From positions 4,192,001 to 4,256,000 of the forward strand of contig OZ244587.1 in assembly GCA_965218095.1 (NCBI GenBank): a stretch of 64,000 nt of DNA, in the 5' to 3' direction. The translations under genes and the position numbers were made by a program. The stretch's first letter is position 1. Each line of letters opens with the position of its first letter. The DNA is from Candidatus Poribacteria bacterium. GTDB taxonomy: Bacteria > Poribacteria > WGA-4E > PCPOR2b. The notes under the pieces were generated by a model. It saw only the letters and a program-made list of their open reading frames with translations. It made no database searches and was not told the origin of the DNA. Positions 52,004 to 63,054 of the stretch are shown here, in pieces.

Positions 52004-53158
52004 TTAATTTCCCCCCAAAACCGTCGTCTTCAACAGCCATCCGACCAGTGCACCGCCCAGCACCAGCCACGCTGAATTGATTTTATAGCGAAACAGTACC
52101 ACCGCTGATACGAGCGCAATCAGCCAAGCTCCCCAATCGATCAGCGTGCCACGCGTCAATTCAACTGTGACCGCCGCCATCAGCCCAATCGTGCTTACAT
52201 TGACCGCGTCCAGAAACGCGCCTGCGATTGCTGATTGGCGAAGACGCGGAATAAGCGGGTTGGTTGCTAACACAAACAGAAACGACGGGCCAAAGATACC
52301 AAGGGTTGCCACAACTGCACCAGTCGACCCCGCCAGTATGTAGCCGATGAAAGTGGCAGTCGTGAGGACGGGCCCCGGCGTCAACTGCCCAATCGCGATT
52401 GCGTCGAGGAGTTGTTGCTGCGTCAGCCATTGGCGCTGCTCAACCAGGTCGCCTTGCAGGAAGGCAACAAGGACGTAACCACTGCCAAACAGCACGCAGC
52501 CGATTTTTAGGAAGAAAAGCCCAAGGGAGGGAAGGGAAATTGACGACGAAGGGACAGTTGTGGCAGTGACCGTCAGACTGCCGGAGGGGAGCCAGGCAAG
52601 GCCGAGCAACATCTTCTCTTTTCGCCATCGCTTTCCAATCTGCCACAGGATGCCTGCAATCCCGCCGGCAAACAGCGCGACGATTTCGTTGATGCCAAGC
52701 AAGACAAGCAGCATCACCAGCATTCCCACCACAATGAGAAAGAGACTCTTCGCCGCTGTTGTGCCCAACCGCCACACTGCGTTGAGAATAACAGCGATGA
52801 CCGCAGGCTTGATGCCGTACAACAGTGCGCTCGCCTGTGGTACCGTCTGGAACTGATCGTAAACCCACGCGCAGCCTAATGTGATCAGCGCCGCAGGGAG
52901 AATAAAGCTAACACCTGCGATGATCAGTCCTGCAATCCCTGCACGCACGAAACCGATGTGGATGGTCATCTCAGTGGAGTTGGGACCGGGAATGAGGTTT
53001 GTCGCACCGAGCAGGTCAAGGAATCGCTCCCGCGTCAGCCAGTGACGACGTGCAACCACCACCTCCTCCATCATAGCGATATGCGCAGCAGGCCCACCGA
53101 ACGCCGTGACGCCTAACTTGAGAAACAGCACTGAAAGTCGTCCGATTTTGTCCATCAT
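52004..53158 (-). CDS. chrA: Chromate efflux transporter
   Basis: FLKLG..AFGGP, PGPNSTE, FGSGYVL, GQLTPGP. Confidence 0.93.
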   Translation of the reverse strand: MMDKIGRLSVLFLKLGVTAFGGPAAHIAMMEEVVVARRHWLTRERFLDLLGATNLIPGPNSTEMTIHIGFVRAGIAGLIIAGVSFILPAALITLGCAWVYDQFQTVPQASALLYGIKPAVIAVILNAVWRLGTTAAKSLFLIVVGMLVMLLVLLGINEIVALFAGGIAGILWQIGKRWRKEKMLLGLAWLPSGSLTVTATTVPSSSISLPSLGLFFLKIGCVLFGSGYVLVAFLQGDLVEQRQWLTQQQLLDAIAIGQLTPGPVLTTATFIGYILAGSTGAVVATLGIFGPSFLFVLATNPLIPRLRQSAIAGAFLDAVNVSTIGLMAAVTVELTRGTLIDWGAWLIALVSAVVLFRYKINSAWLVLGGALVGWLLKTTVLGGN

Positions 53159-53409
53159 ATTTTTCGATTATAGGCGACTTTGGAGGATTTGTCAAGATCT
53201 ATTTGGGAGGAAATACTCAGAGGTGGTTAGGGGCGGCATCTCATGCATCGTAGGACTTTAGAATTGCAGCAGAACGGTTTCAACCGTTACGAGAGGGTGG
53301 GTGAATTCTCGTGAATGGTGACGGGCTGGCAGCCTTGAGACGAGGAAATTCAGGCAAGACGGTTTGACAATGCTACTGTTTTTTGATAAATCGAGGCAGC
53401 TCATGATTC

Positions 53410-53830
53410 TATCTTGGTTTGAACACGATCTCGCCAATCGCGCGACGCAGCTCTTTTGCAAACGTTGAGAATTGGGTTGGAAAGGAGTTCTCAAGGAGAC
53501 CTCGGCTAATCACTTCAGTTTCAAAACTGGTTTCTGGAGAATTGGCAGAGCCTCCAACGTCTCATCGGAATACCGTTGCCAAACGGATACCCTTTCGGTT
53601 CCTTCCCACAGTTTACCCTCGATGCCTCTACCCATCTTCAGAGCATCGAGGGCATAGCGACGGCAATTCTGTGCATACTATTTCAATGTTTGATTGGGTT
53701 CTTTGTACCAAAGCTGACACAGGTGTAAACACATCTCTTGAAGCAGATTGTCCCGTAACTGACGATTCGTGGTTAATTTTCCCGTGGTCGATTGAAGTTG
53801 AGGGGTGAGTTTATCGAGAAATTCTTGCAT
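53410..53830 (-). pseudogene. Possible ECF-type sigma factor relic
   Basis: LRDNLLQEMCLHL resembles region 2; several stops and frameshifts. Confidence 0.3.
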
Positions 53831-53965
53831 CCTTTCCTCGCTTCCTGAAGGTGGGTGAAGACAAGGTTTGCCTTGGATCTTATGTTTGTATTCACATGTG
53901 TCCCATTTTTCCACCATGCGATAAACTCATTGAAATGGAAAATCTGAGTTCAGTGCGCACACCTA

Positions 53966-54179
53966 GAGCAGCGCACTCAACACCGCTGCCAGCTTGCACC
54001 TGTTAGCGAGTTCAACGCATGGTGTGGCGATGGATTTCAAGCCGCACGAATCGCCGATGCAACACGAACTCGTCAGCGACCCGTGGGTTCAAGCGGTGGG
54101 TTATCTCGCTGTGCGGGACAAACCTGGGCTGAGAGGTCAGGTGCGGGAAGATATTGTGCAAAAGTACCTGCCTCAGTAA
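53966..54179 (+). pseudogene. Mandelate racemase/enolase family C-terminal fragment
   Basis: SSALNTAASLHLLAS...SPMQHELV.DP...VRDKPGL...VREDIVQKY. Confidence 0.7.
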
Positions 54180-54196
54180 CAATTAATACTGCCATC

Positions 54197-54375
54197 TTAC
54201 GGTTCCCACAGGGTCCCCATGATATACTGCTCGTCGTCTGGGCGATCATCAAAGTAGTAAACCATCACCACCCTCATCGGGGCGCTGCACGGTTCGGGGG
54301 TATCCGATGTCGTGATTACCGCTGTCATCGCGCAAGATGATCTCCTTCTCCCATGTTGCGCCATCGTCCGTTCCC
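54197..54375 (-). pseudogene. BNR sialidase C-terminal fragment
   Basis: TDDGATWEKEIILRDD..NHDIGYPRTVQRPD...VYY...YIMGTLWEP*, with a frameshift. Confidence 0.75.
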
Positions 54376-54379
54376 CCGA

Positions 54380-55114
54380 TCAGGACTTGTAATTCTCCCT
54401 CAGGACAGATTCGTCACGCCACGGCGGGATGTGCGCTTCCAGTTCTTCCGTCCCCAGAGCCAGACCGGAACAGTTAGAAGCCAGCACCTCGAAGATCTTG
54501 TTCGCCACGATGCGATGCCCGAGGTCGTTGGCGTGGACGCCATCATGGTGTACCAGCCAGTCCGCGTCCCGATACGACTCCAGCAAATTGACAAACAAGC
54601 AGTCACACGCCTCGGCGATCTGCTCGGTCGCGTCGTTGTAGCGGTAGAACAGATCGAGGTCGGCGTGGCTCCAGGGATCTCCGCCGACAGTGAAGTTGGT
54701 CATGTAGTACGGCCCCAGCACCACAATTAGTGGCTGAATCTGCTCACGCACATGCTGAATGATGTCGCGCAGTTCGTCGCAGAATAGGTCAATGGGCGTG
54801 CCGCCGCGTGCGTCGTTGAGTCCGTACGAAATTACCAAGAGGTCAGGCGCATTCTCTATAACATGCTTGTCGAGGCGCGCACTGGCGGGGGGATTCCCGC
54901 TGGATTCGAGGTAGGCTGGACTTTTGGTGGATATCAAGTTGGCGCCGATGCCCACGTTGACCAACTGTACGGGGACACGCTGAAACTCGTTAATCAGCTG
55001 TGCCAACTGACTTGCCCAACACCGCACGGGGGTACTGGACCATCCGCCGGCGGTCGTGCTCTCTCCAATAGTGACCAGTTTTTGGAATTCTTTATTCCAC
55101 CAATCTTTCTTCAT
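54380..55114 (-). CDS. SGNH/GDSL hydrolase
   Basis: IGESTT (block I), NVGIG, GLND, DGVHAN. Confidence 0.9.
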   Translation of the reverse strand: MKKDWWNKEFQKLVTIGESTTAGGWSSTPVRCWASQLAQLINEFQRVPVQLVNVGIGANLISTKSPAYLESSGNPPASARLDKHVIENAPDLLVISYGLNDARGGTPIDLFCDELRDIIQHVREQIQPLIVVLGPYYMTNFTVGGDPWSHADLDLFYRYNDATEQIAEACDCLFVNLLESYRDADWLVHHDGVHANDLGHRIVANKIFEVLASNCSGLALGTEELEAHIPPWRDESVLRENYKS

Positions 55115-55146
55115 CACTTTTACCTCCTGGATAGTTCCCTTGCTTT

Positions 55147-55992
55147 TTAAGTCCATGAAGTATTCCTTGATATATGACGCTCGTGCTGATCACGGCGAGG
55201 TGGAATCTCCGTTCCCTTCAATTCGCGTATCAACTCGATGAGCCCCTCAATTGCTGCCTCCAGGAATTTCTCCCCTTTTCCCTTCGTCGCTTTGGTCGCA
55301 TCGCCCATCACGCCGCTTGCTGTCTGTGAGCTCCAGTAAGGTATCAAACGCGCCACCGAGCCTTGGGGATGGCTGCCGGCGAGGAGGTCGGTCTTGAAGC
55401 TCGGCGGCAGAGGTGTCCTTTCATCAACCGCCTTACTCATATCGACGAGGTCAGGTTTTAATGCGAGATAGAGAGACGTTTCATATTCGCCGGCGTGTGA
55501 TGTCCCGCCATAATCCGATTCTCTGATGGCGGCGCCGACGTCCTTCGCCTTGCGGACATCCCAGTGGTTCACTGAGGCGCAAAGAATCTTCCCCTCATAT
55601 TCGATATTCGATAATCGCGCCGCAAGGTCGAGGGGGGAGGTGTTGCTGCCGTGACCGTTGACGATGAGGATGCGCTTGAAGCCGTGATAGGCAAGACTGC
55701 AACAGACATCTTTAACATATCTGATAAAGGTGTCCCAGGTGATGGTGAGTGTCCCATGAAAATCCATGTGATGGGGACTGTAGCCGTGTGGGACCGGTGG
55801 CGCGAGAACCGCCTCAGATGGAATGCGTGCCACGGCGCGTTCACAGATCTCCGTGCAGAGGACGACATCGGTATCGACGGGGAGGTGTGGCCCGTGGTCT
55901 TCGTATGTAGCAACGGGAAGAACTGCAACGCGGTCTTGTTCGGCAGCCGCTTTGATTTCGTACCAGATCATTTCAGCAAAGCGGTATTTCAT
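55147..55992 (-). CDS. Creatininase family amidohydrolase
   Basis: EDHGPHLPVDTD, GYSPHH, NGHGSN, HAGEYETS, GVMGDA. Confidence 0.92.
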   Translation of the reverse strand: MKYRFAEMIWYEIKAAAEQDRVAVLPVATYEDHGPHLPVDTDVVLCTEICERAVARIPSEAVLAPPVPHGYSPHHMDFHGTLTITWDTFIRYVKDVCCSLAYHGFKRILIVNGHGSNTSPLDLAARLSNIEYEGKILCASVNHWDVRKAKDVGAAIRESDYGGTSHAGEYETSLYLALKPDLVDMSKAVDERTPLPPSFKTDLLAGSHPQGSVARLIPYWSSQTASGVMGDATKATKGKGEKFLEAAIEGLIELIRELKGTEIPPRRDQHERHISRNTSWT

Positions 55993-56046
55993 AGTTCTCT
56001 CCTTGATTTTATCTTGACTTTAGTCATTAGACTTTAGTCATTAGAG

Positions 56047-56283
56047 CTAATACCCTCGCTCTAAGCAGAGGGGACGCATCACGTTGTTGTAATCATCACC
56101 AAACCGGTAGCCACCCAGCCAAAAGTAGGGAACGGCGCCACGGCGGCACATCTCATCTACGAACTGCGCTGTGAGCACGTACATGATAATGTTGTTGAGG
56201 ATGCCGGTGGCGGGGCAGACTTTCTCGGCACAACCGGGGATGGGGATAACGCCCGCAGGCTCATCGCAACGGTCGTCGAAGTA
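56047..56283 (-). pseudogene. SIS-domain-like protein C-terminal fragment, cut by the IS5 element
   Basis: KVCPATGILNNII...EMCRRGAVPYFW..G....GDDYN; 5' part absent beyond the IS. Confidence 0.55.
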
Positions 56284-57064
56284 GGACGTGTTGACATTTA
56301 TGGCATAATAACGATATGTCAACACTTAACCTTATCCGATAATCAATGGTCAAAAATAGCAGCATTCCTGCAAACCTGTTCCGATGTCTACACCGGACAG
56401 CAAGCGAACTTAAAACGTTTTGTCCAAGCAGTGCTTTGGATAACTCGTAGTGGTAGTCAATGGCGACTCCTACCAAAAGAGTACGGCAGTTGGAACAGCG
56501 TCTATAAACGATTCGCTCGCTGGTGCGATAAAGGCATCTTCCAACGGCTGCATCAACACTTTGTCAACGACCTAGATATGGTGTACCATCTGCCGCGCTC
56601 ACCCCTGTGCTGCAGGGGCTTTGAAAACAAGTGGCGGTCAAGCCTCACAGGCACTCGGACGTAATGCGGGTGGATTTTCAACCAAAATTCACATCACGGT
56701 TGATGGCTTAGGCAATCCATTACGTTTTGCGCTGACGGCTGGACAACGCCACGCCATGACTTGTGCGGAAGGGTATAGCAGTGAGTATGTGATAGCCGAC
56801 TCAGCGTATGACGCGGATTCATTGGTGCAGTTGATAACCCGTATGGGTGCAGAGCCAGTGATTTGTCCCCGTATCAACCGCCGTGAGTCACGAGACTATG
56901 ATACGCATCTGTACCGAGAGAGACATTGGGTGGAATGCTTCATCAACAAAATCAAGCACTATAGGCGTATCTTCAGTCGTTTTGATAAGTTGGCGGGTCG
57001 CTATTTGGGGTTTCTGAGTTTCGTTGCTGCGATTATCTGGTTACGATGAAATGTCAACAGAACC
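56284..57064 (+). mobile_element. Degenerate IS5-family (IS427-like) element related to 6182-7020
   Basis: TIRs GGACGTGTTGACATTT and AAATGTCAACAGAACC flanked by TA; RSGSQWR, GGFSTKIH, DSAYD, YRRIFSRFDK; internal deletions. Confidence 0.9.
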
Positions 57065-57083
57065 TAGCAACTTGGGTTATTTT

Positions 57084-57733
57084 ATGAGAATGTTGATGTT
57101 TTTCGTGTTTATTTTTATTTGTCCAGCTCTGCTGTTTGCGCATCAAGAGATACACCATTTGAGCGATGAAGAAATTGAAGCAAGCCTACTGAGGAAGTTT
57201 TCAAACATCACTCGAAGTAATTGGGTGCTTGAGATTAAAACCCCGGAATCTGTCGTCACATTCAAGGACGCACGTGACCTTGAAGAAGGCTATAGGAGGT
57301 TCTTCCTCATCGGTTCCATTCGTGTTAAGGGTGATAGAAGAGATTATCTGATTCATCTCCATGGGTATGAAGGTCACAGTTACGTGCTTGTTAATAGTTT
57401 GACGGGTGAACAAATCCATGTATTTGGGATACCTAATTCTATCGCCCGATTTAGACCGCTATGTTGTCACCTCACTAGACATTGGTGCTGGTTATATACC
57501 GAACATGATACAGATTCTGAAAGCCAGTAATTATCAATTAGAATGGGAATATCGATTTAAGGGTGAACGAGGTCCATCTGATGCTATTTGACTAGATGAG
57601 AATCGAGTGATATTTTCTGAGAATAAAAGAGGATGGACTCCTACAGGGCGAGACTACTATAAGAATCAGCCTTATATCATTGAATAACAAATGGCAAATG
57701 GTAGTCTCCGAGGCTCCTAAAGTGAATCTGTGA
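57084..57733 (+). pseudogene. Frameshifted hypothetical secreted protein
   Basis: Signal peptide; frameshift near 57430 (ILSPDLDRYVVTS) and TGA at 57589-57591. Confidence 0.5.
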
Positions 57734-57930
57734 GGCTGACGTATGAAAGAAAACACCAGCAACCCGCATGGTACAAGGGTAAGTGATGAAAATTTATCTG
57801 TGATTGACAAATGAATGGCACTGACTTAAGGATTTTGTGGTAAAGAATTCAACTGCGGTGTGACTTTCATGACGAGTCGTTCGTTGAGGTTTATCATGCA
57901 GGTGGGGTATGTCAAGCTAAGAACACCGTA

Positions 57931-59010
57931 CTAGGGTCTATATCTTGGCTGCCGAGGAGCACGGTCCCGCCGGAGCCGAATCGTGCTGTCTGTTAGCGGC
58001 AACTCCACCCGGGCCCCGCCACGTAGGTGTGACGCAATAGTCGCAAAGATGAGTTCCGTGCCGGCATGTGCGACCCGTACCCCACCGCGTGGGGGCTCGC
58101 CGGTGTCAAGCGAGTGGACCAGGTCCTCGACAAGCCGCAGGTTTGGACTAGCGGGTGCGTAGTCGGGAAACTGTCCATCTACCATCGTGGGCCGCCCTTG
58201 ATAATCTGGTACGCCTTCTTCTCGCATTCGATACACACCACTGGGCCACGCAGTCAAAGCGCCTTTCTCACAGTTGACCTCCCACTCAATTTCGCGGCCA
58301 GGCGTCACGGCGTATGCTGTCACACCATTCTCAAACTGTATGATGCCACATCCGACGGGGTCTTCAGTCAACCGATCACCCTCGATTGTCCAGTTCCCCT
58401 CTGTCAGGTGAGCCTGGACCCAGACCACGCGGCGGTCACTATTGAGGAACAACAGGTTGTCGTAGTAATGGCTTGCCCCATTAAACAGCGTGCTGCCGTG
58501 GAAGATGATGGTCTTCGGGGCGCCGAGTCGGCCGCTATCAATCACCTCCTTCATCTTCGTAAATCCCGGGTGCCAACGACGCTGAGTGCCCAGATTGAAG
58601 AAAACGCCGTTTCGTTCGCAGGCTTCAACAATTGCGTCAGCTTCCGCCATTGATACCGCCATCGCCTTCTCCGCATAGATTGCCTTTGCCCCGTGCTCGG
58701 CAGCGTAGATGACTATCTCCGCACGGTGCTCTGGCTGCGTGGCGACACTGACAATCTCGGGCTGTTCCCTGTCAATCAGCTCTTTATAGTTGATATACTG
58801 CTGTTCCTTCGGTATGTTAAACTGCCTGCCAACCTCCTCCATGACCTCCGGTCGGAGATCTGAGCACGCAATCAGGTCTGTTCGGTCGCACGCGGAATAT
58901 ACCGCCGTGTGCGAGTAAGGAGGCACATGTCCGGGTGCGTCGACCACTTCATTGTCGATGAACGCCCCCATGCGGCTGCATCCGATAACCGCTGCTTGAT
59001 ACGTTTTCAA
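57931..59010 (-). CDS. Gfo/Idh/MocA oxidoreductase
   Basis: VIGCSRMG, ATQPEHR, AEKAMA, ASHYYD; TTG start after AAGGAGG. Confidence 0.9.
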   Translation of the reverse strand: MKTYQAAVIGCSRMGAFIDNEVVDAPGHVPPYSHTAVYSACDRTDLIACSDLRPEVMEEVGRQFNIPKEQQYINYKELIDREQPEIVSVATQPEHRAEIVIYAAEHGAKAIYAEKAMAVSMAEADAIVEACERNGVFFNLGTQRRWHPGFTKMKEVIDSGRLGAPKTIIFHGSTLFNGASHYYDNLLFLNSDRRVVWVQAHLTEGNWTIEGDRLTEDPVGCGIIQFENGVTAYAVTPGREIEWEVNCEKGALTAWPSGVYRMREEGVPDYQGRPTMVDGQFPDYAPASPNLRLVEDLVHSLDTGEPPRGGVRVAHAGTELIFATIASHLRGGARVELPLTDSTIRLRRDRAPRQPRYRP

Positions 59011-59143
59011 TTTGAATCCCTCCTTGTTTCAACGCCCCAACGCCGGTCGAGTAGAAGTTTTTGGCTACTCAACCAACGCCGCGACTCAACCGATGTTCGT
59101 TAAGCGCTTGCCATGAGATGGAAATTTGCAATCAAGCACTGAG

Positions 59144-60037
59144 TTAGGGCGCGGATAGAAACACGAGCAGTTCAGCGGTCGTTTCTTCTGGCAGTTCTTC
59201 CGGCAAGAAATGACCGCAATCGAGGACCCTTCCACGCACATTGAGGGCCCGTTCCCGCCAGACAGTGAGCATATCCAGGCTTGCGCCGGTCTGCCAGCCC
59301 GGACGCTTCGCCATGTTGCCGCCCCAGAGCACCAGCATCGGGCAGGTGAGCTTGCGGCCCCGATCCACTTCGTCGTGCATCAGGTCGAGCTCGATTGCCC
59401 GGTAGTCCAGGCAGGTCGCGCGAATCGTCTCCGGATTACTGAAACAACGGAGATATTCGGCATATGCTTCCTCGGTGATCGAGCCGTCGATAGAGGTCCA
59501 ACGCTCTAGCAGGAAGTCCAGATAAACCTTGGCACTGTTACCGATCATGGTTTCCGGCAGCGGCAACGGCTGGCGCATCAGATGCCAGTGAAACCAGGCA
59601 AAGGAAAGCTGACTATCCATATGATCGAAAGCAGCCTGCGAGGGCACAACGTCAAGCGATGTAAAGGTTCTGACCCGCCCCGGATGGTCGAGCGCCATGC
59701 GATGGCCGACGCGGGCGCCGCGGTCGTGGCCAACGACGTGGAACGAGTCGAAGCCGAGTTGGACCATGACCTCGACCTGGTCCTGCGCGGTCATGCGTTT
59801 GCAATAGACGTTCAGATCGCCATTCGGGGCGGGTGGCTTTTCGCTGTCACCGTAGCCACGGAGGTCAGGAGCGACAACCGTGTAATGCTCGGCGAGCCCA
59901 AGTGCGACCTTGTGCCATTCAACGTGGGTTTGGGGATACCCGTGCAGCAACAACAGGGGCGGCCCACTGCCACCGTACACGAGGTTGATGGAAACACCAT
60001 TGGCCTTGATTTGGGTTTTCGTGAAATCGTCAAACAT
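59144..60037 (-). CDS. Alpha/beta hydrolase, haloacetate (fluoroacetate) dehalogenase-like
   Basis: LHGYPQT, DLRGYG, GHDRGARV (Asp nucleophile), WFHW, DYRA, CGHFLPEE. Confidence 0.88.
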   Translation of the reverse strand: MFDDFTKTQIKANGVSINLVYGGSGPPLLLLHGYPQTHVEWHKVALGLAEHYTVVAPDLRGYGDSEKPPAPNGDLNVYCKRMTAQDQVEVMVQLGFDSFHVVGHDRGARVGHRMALDHPGRVRTFTSLDVVPSQAAFDHMDSQLSFAWFHWHLMRQPLPLPETMIGNSAKVYLDFLLERWTSIDGSITEEAYAEYLRCFSNPETIRATCLDYRAIELDLMHDEVDRGRKLTCPMLVLWGGNMAKRPGWQTGASLDMLTVWRERALNVRGRVLDCGHFLPEELPEETTAELLVFLSAP

Positions 60038-60285
60038 GGATCACGTCCTCTTTAGTTGTGGAAAATGGGAGCCAGGGAGCGAGGAAGCGGGGAAATCAAC
60101 CCTCACACACTCGTCTCCTCACATACTCGCCCCCTCTGTTGTTTGACAAGCCCTCGATGAAGTATCGGAATTCAGATCAACATATCCCAAGAGTCACTGG
60201 CTGTCGGCTCTCAAACCACTTTGGTCAGTCAACCAGCCCCAGCACTATTGCGCATACGGACAGCTTGCCCTTTCGGTGATATGCT

Positions 60286-61725
60286 TCAATTGTCCATGAC
60301 AGTTCCGCGTTTGAGCCGAAGCCCATCAACGGCTTTTTCGACCCGTTGGACTTCGCGTAGATCGGGTGTCATTCTTTGCTGTGCCAGTTCTTCGTCGCTC
60401 AGCCCTTTGAAGGACCAATTATCATCGTTGGCAATTCTCCAGGCCAGGCGAGCGCAAAGAAATGCCGCTTCCTTAACGTTAAGCAGGTTGATTTTATCCG
60501 CCGTATCATGGGCTGTGTGATAAAATCCTCGCCAGGCAGGGATATATGGATCTCTGATAAATCCGCATGCGACGCCTCTTGCCATAAAAGGGTAGTGATC
60601 AGAAGAAAGGTGGTCGGGTTCACGCAACGGAGAGGCGTCAAAGTCTACCATGAGGTTCTCATTCATCTGTACCCCCATCGCGCGGAAATAAGCCCTTGAA
60701 TCTGACCCGTAAACCATCAACCCTTTCCGCCCCCGGCCCCCGGCTGCATCCAAATTGAACATAAATCGCGTGTTTTCAATATCTTCTGGGTGGTCGTTGA
60801 CATACGCATGGGCGCCAATCAGTCCGAGCTCCTCAACGCCAAATAAGATGAAGCGGATGGTGCGCTTGAGTCGGTCGGAATAGAGGCGCATGATGCGTGC
60901 GATTTCAAGCCCTGCGACCAATCCCGAAACCGGATCCTCCGCGCCTTGAGAAATATCGTGACCATCATAGTGGACGCCAATGACAACCATCTCTTCACTC
61001 ACCGCACTGCCTTTCACATCTCCGATGATGTTCCACGAGGTTTTCCTGGCGAGGGTGTCAGTGGTCTCGATTTCAGCTTCGACAAAACCGTTCCTTCGTA
61101 TAGTTCGCTGAAGGAGTGTGCCCGTTTCCTTAGAAATCATGATTCCGGGTATCAGCCCCCACTGATTGAACCCTAACGCCCCGGTCACCGGCCCGTAGCC
61201 ATCCTCATTTGCCATAAAGATGAACGCTTGAGCCTCTGCAAGGATTGATCGGTTGTATTTTTCCGTGCGATGAATCCAGCGATTTGCTGAAGTGGGGTTC
61301 GCAATGCTGACGAGCACAATATTCTCTTTCAGTTCATCTTGCAATGTTTCAAAGGTTTCGGGCGAACCTGTCCCGAGATCGATGATTCTCCCGCGGACCC
61401 GGCCCGGTGGTGACATGGGCATAGACAAACACGGAAGTTCTCTCTGCCAGGGGGACGTGACGGTCAATCTGGCGGCGCCGCGTGTCCAACCATTGTACTC
61501 GAATTCCTCGCTGTGGACCTCCGCAAGCTGGTATTCCTGCAACGTGGTTTGCAGAAATTGTGCGGCTTCCGCTTCTGCTGAGGTGCCTGCGAACCGACTT
61601 CCCAGGTCATCGCAGAGGATTTCGAGATTCATCTGAATATCAGTTGAGGTGAATACTTCTCCTGCGAGTAGTTTGTCAAACGCTCTTGCCTCCGCTTCAC
61701 TCACTGCGGATTGTCCATGGGGCAT
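60286..61725 (-). CDS. M28 family metallopeptidase with PA domain
   Basis: GSRFAGT, HYDG, GAED, FGVEELGL, NLD, SDHYPF, YHTAHDT. Confidence 0.9.
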   Translation of the reverse strand: MPHGQSAVSEAEARAFDKLLAGEVFTSTDIQMNLEILCDDLGSRFAGTSAEAEAAQFLQTTLQEYQLAEVHSEEFEYNGWTRGAARLTVTSPWQRELPCLSMPMSPPGRVRGRIIDLGTGSPETFETLQDELKENIVLVSIANPTSANRWIHRTEKYNRSILAEAQAFIFMANEDGYGPVTGALGFNQWGLIPGIMISKETGTLLQRTIRRNGFVEAEIETTDTLARKTSWNIIGDVKGSAVSEEMVVIGVHYDGHDISQGAEDPVSGLVAGLEIARIMRLYSDRLKRTIRFILFGVEELGLIGAHAYVNDHPEDIENTRFMFNLDAAGGRGRKGLMVYGSDSRAYFRAMGVQMNENLMVDFDASPLREPDHLSSDHYPFMARGVACGFIRDPYIPAWRGFYHTAHDTADKINLLNVKEAAFLCARLAWRIANDDNWSFKGLSDEELAQQRMTPDLREVQRVEKAVDGLRLKRGTVMDN

Positions 61726-61925
61726 TAAACAGATCTCCTTTGGCAATAGACGTTCATGGCTCCTGCGAAAGGCGCTCAAAGATACGCCAGTTGGCGATGG
61801 TCAGTTGCACCGCCATCTCCCAATCGTCAGTCGCTGCTGCATCCCGTGGGCGCATGTAACATCCAATTCGGAGCGAGCAAGCTGCACGCTCTACTTGTCG
61901 GATTAAAAGTAGCAGACTACTAAGA

Positions 61926-62750
61926 TTATTCGGTAAAACTCCGATACTCACGTACAAGCTTCGATGCTGCCTTGCTGATCAACGCCAGTTCATCAAGCGT
62001 CTCGAAGAACTGCGCCCCGCGGGCGACCCATCCCCGCGCAGCATCCGCGTCGGATGCGGTCGTGCCGAAGGGCACACTGTGCTTTCTGCAAATTTCGAGA
62101 ATGTCCTGCATCGGGCTGGCCACTTCGGGATGGTCATAGTCGCCAGGGTGGCCCATCTCGACCGAGAAATCGCCGGGACCGATGTAGACCATGTCCACCC
62201 CCGGTGTGCTGATGATTTCTTCGGCGTTCTCGTAAGCGCGTCTGGTTTCGATGTGGACAACCAGTGTCGTTTCTTCATCCTGCTCGGCCATCCATGTCTT
62301 CCAATCCCCCGGCTGAAGGTAGCTGCTGTTGCCATATCCGGGCGCGATGGCCCGCGTACCGGCTGGTGGAAACTTGAGGTAACCGCGAAGCGTTTCGACC
62401 TCCGCCCGCGTCTCAGTGCGGGGAAGCTGAATCCCAACAACCCCGCATTCCAGCAGCTTCGCCACTTCGGCACGTTCCAATTGCGGTGTCTTGGCGATCA
62501 CGGGAAGATTGTTGTCACGGGCGCACAGGACGGTATCCGCGAATATGGTCATCTCGAAGAAGCCGTGTTCGTATTCGATGTACATAAAATCGAAACCCGC
62601 CTGCACGTACAGTTTCACCAGCGATGGCCGGAGGTGCTCGGCGACCATCCCGCCGACGAGGACATCGCCGTTTCTCAAGCGACGCTTTAAGAGACGACCT
62701 GGTCCTTCCGCTGAGTCAGATTTGCTTATCGGATTGTTTAATTTTGCCAT
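61926..62750 (-). CDS. HpcH/HpaI aldolase family protein
   Basis: GFDFMYIEYEH, KFPPAGTRA, HIET, YIGPGDFS. Confidence 0.92.
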   Translation of the reverse strand: MAKLNNPISKSDSAEGPGRLLKRRLRNGDVLVGGMVAEHLRPSLVKLYVQAGFDFMYIEYEHGFFEMTIFADTVLCARDNNLPVIAKTPQLERAEVAKLLECGVVGIQLPRTETRAEVETLRGYLKFPPAGTRAIAPGYGNSSYLQPGDWKTWMAEQDEETTLVVHIETRRAYENAEEIISTPGVDMVYIGPGDFSVEMGHPGDYDHPEVASPMQDILEICRKHSVPFGTTASDADAARGWVARGAQFFETLDELALISKAASKLVREYRSFTE

Positions 62751-62805
62751 GGTTGCGTTCTCCTTTGTAGGTGCACCGTATGGAAGAATAAATAGAGTTT
62801 ATACT

Positions 62806-63054
62806 TCACCGTCTTTGCTCTCTAAGGACTATTGCCTCTGGAATGACTGATTGCCAGTCGGGCTCGACAAGATTTCCGTCGATCTTGATGTTCTGAGAAA
62901 TCCGGTAGACTGAAGTGCGAGGTTGCATCGGTTCCGGTTCTGCGCCCACAATGAGAGGACATAACAACACGCAAATCCACAGCAGGAGAAAGCGCTTTCC
63001 ACTTCGCCAAGGCAAATGCTGTGGAACGAAAATTGATATCCAAAAATGAGACAT
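62806..63054 (-). pseudogene. Secreted CBM9-like protein N-terminal fragment
   Basis: Signal peptide then IKIDGNLVEPDWQ, ending soon after. Confidence 0.6.

Noticed and set aside
56016-56045. 14-bp tandem repeat GACTTTAGTCATTA as an operator
   Set aside because: Seen once and explained by slippage duplication.
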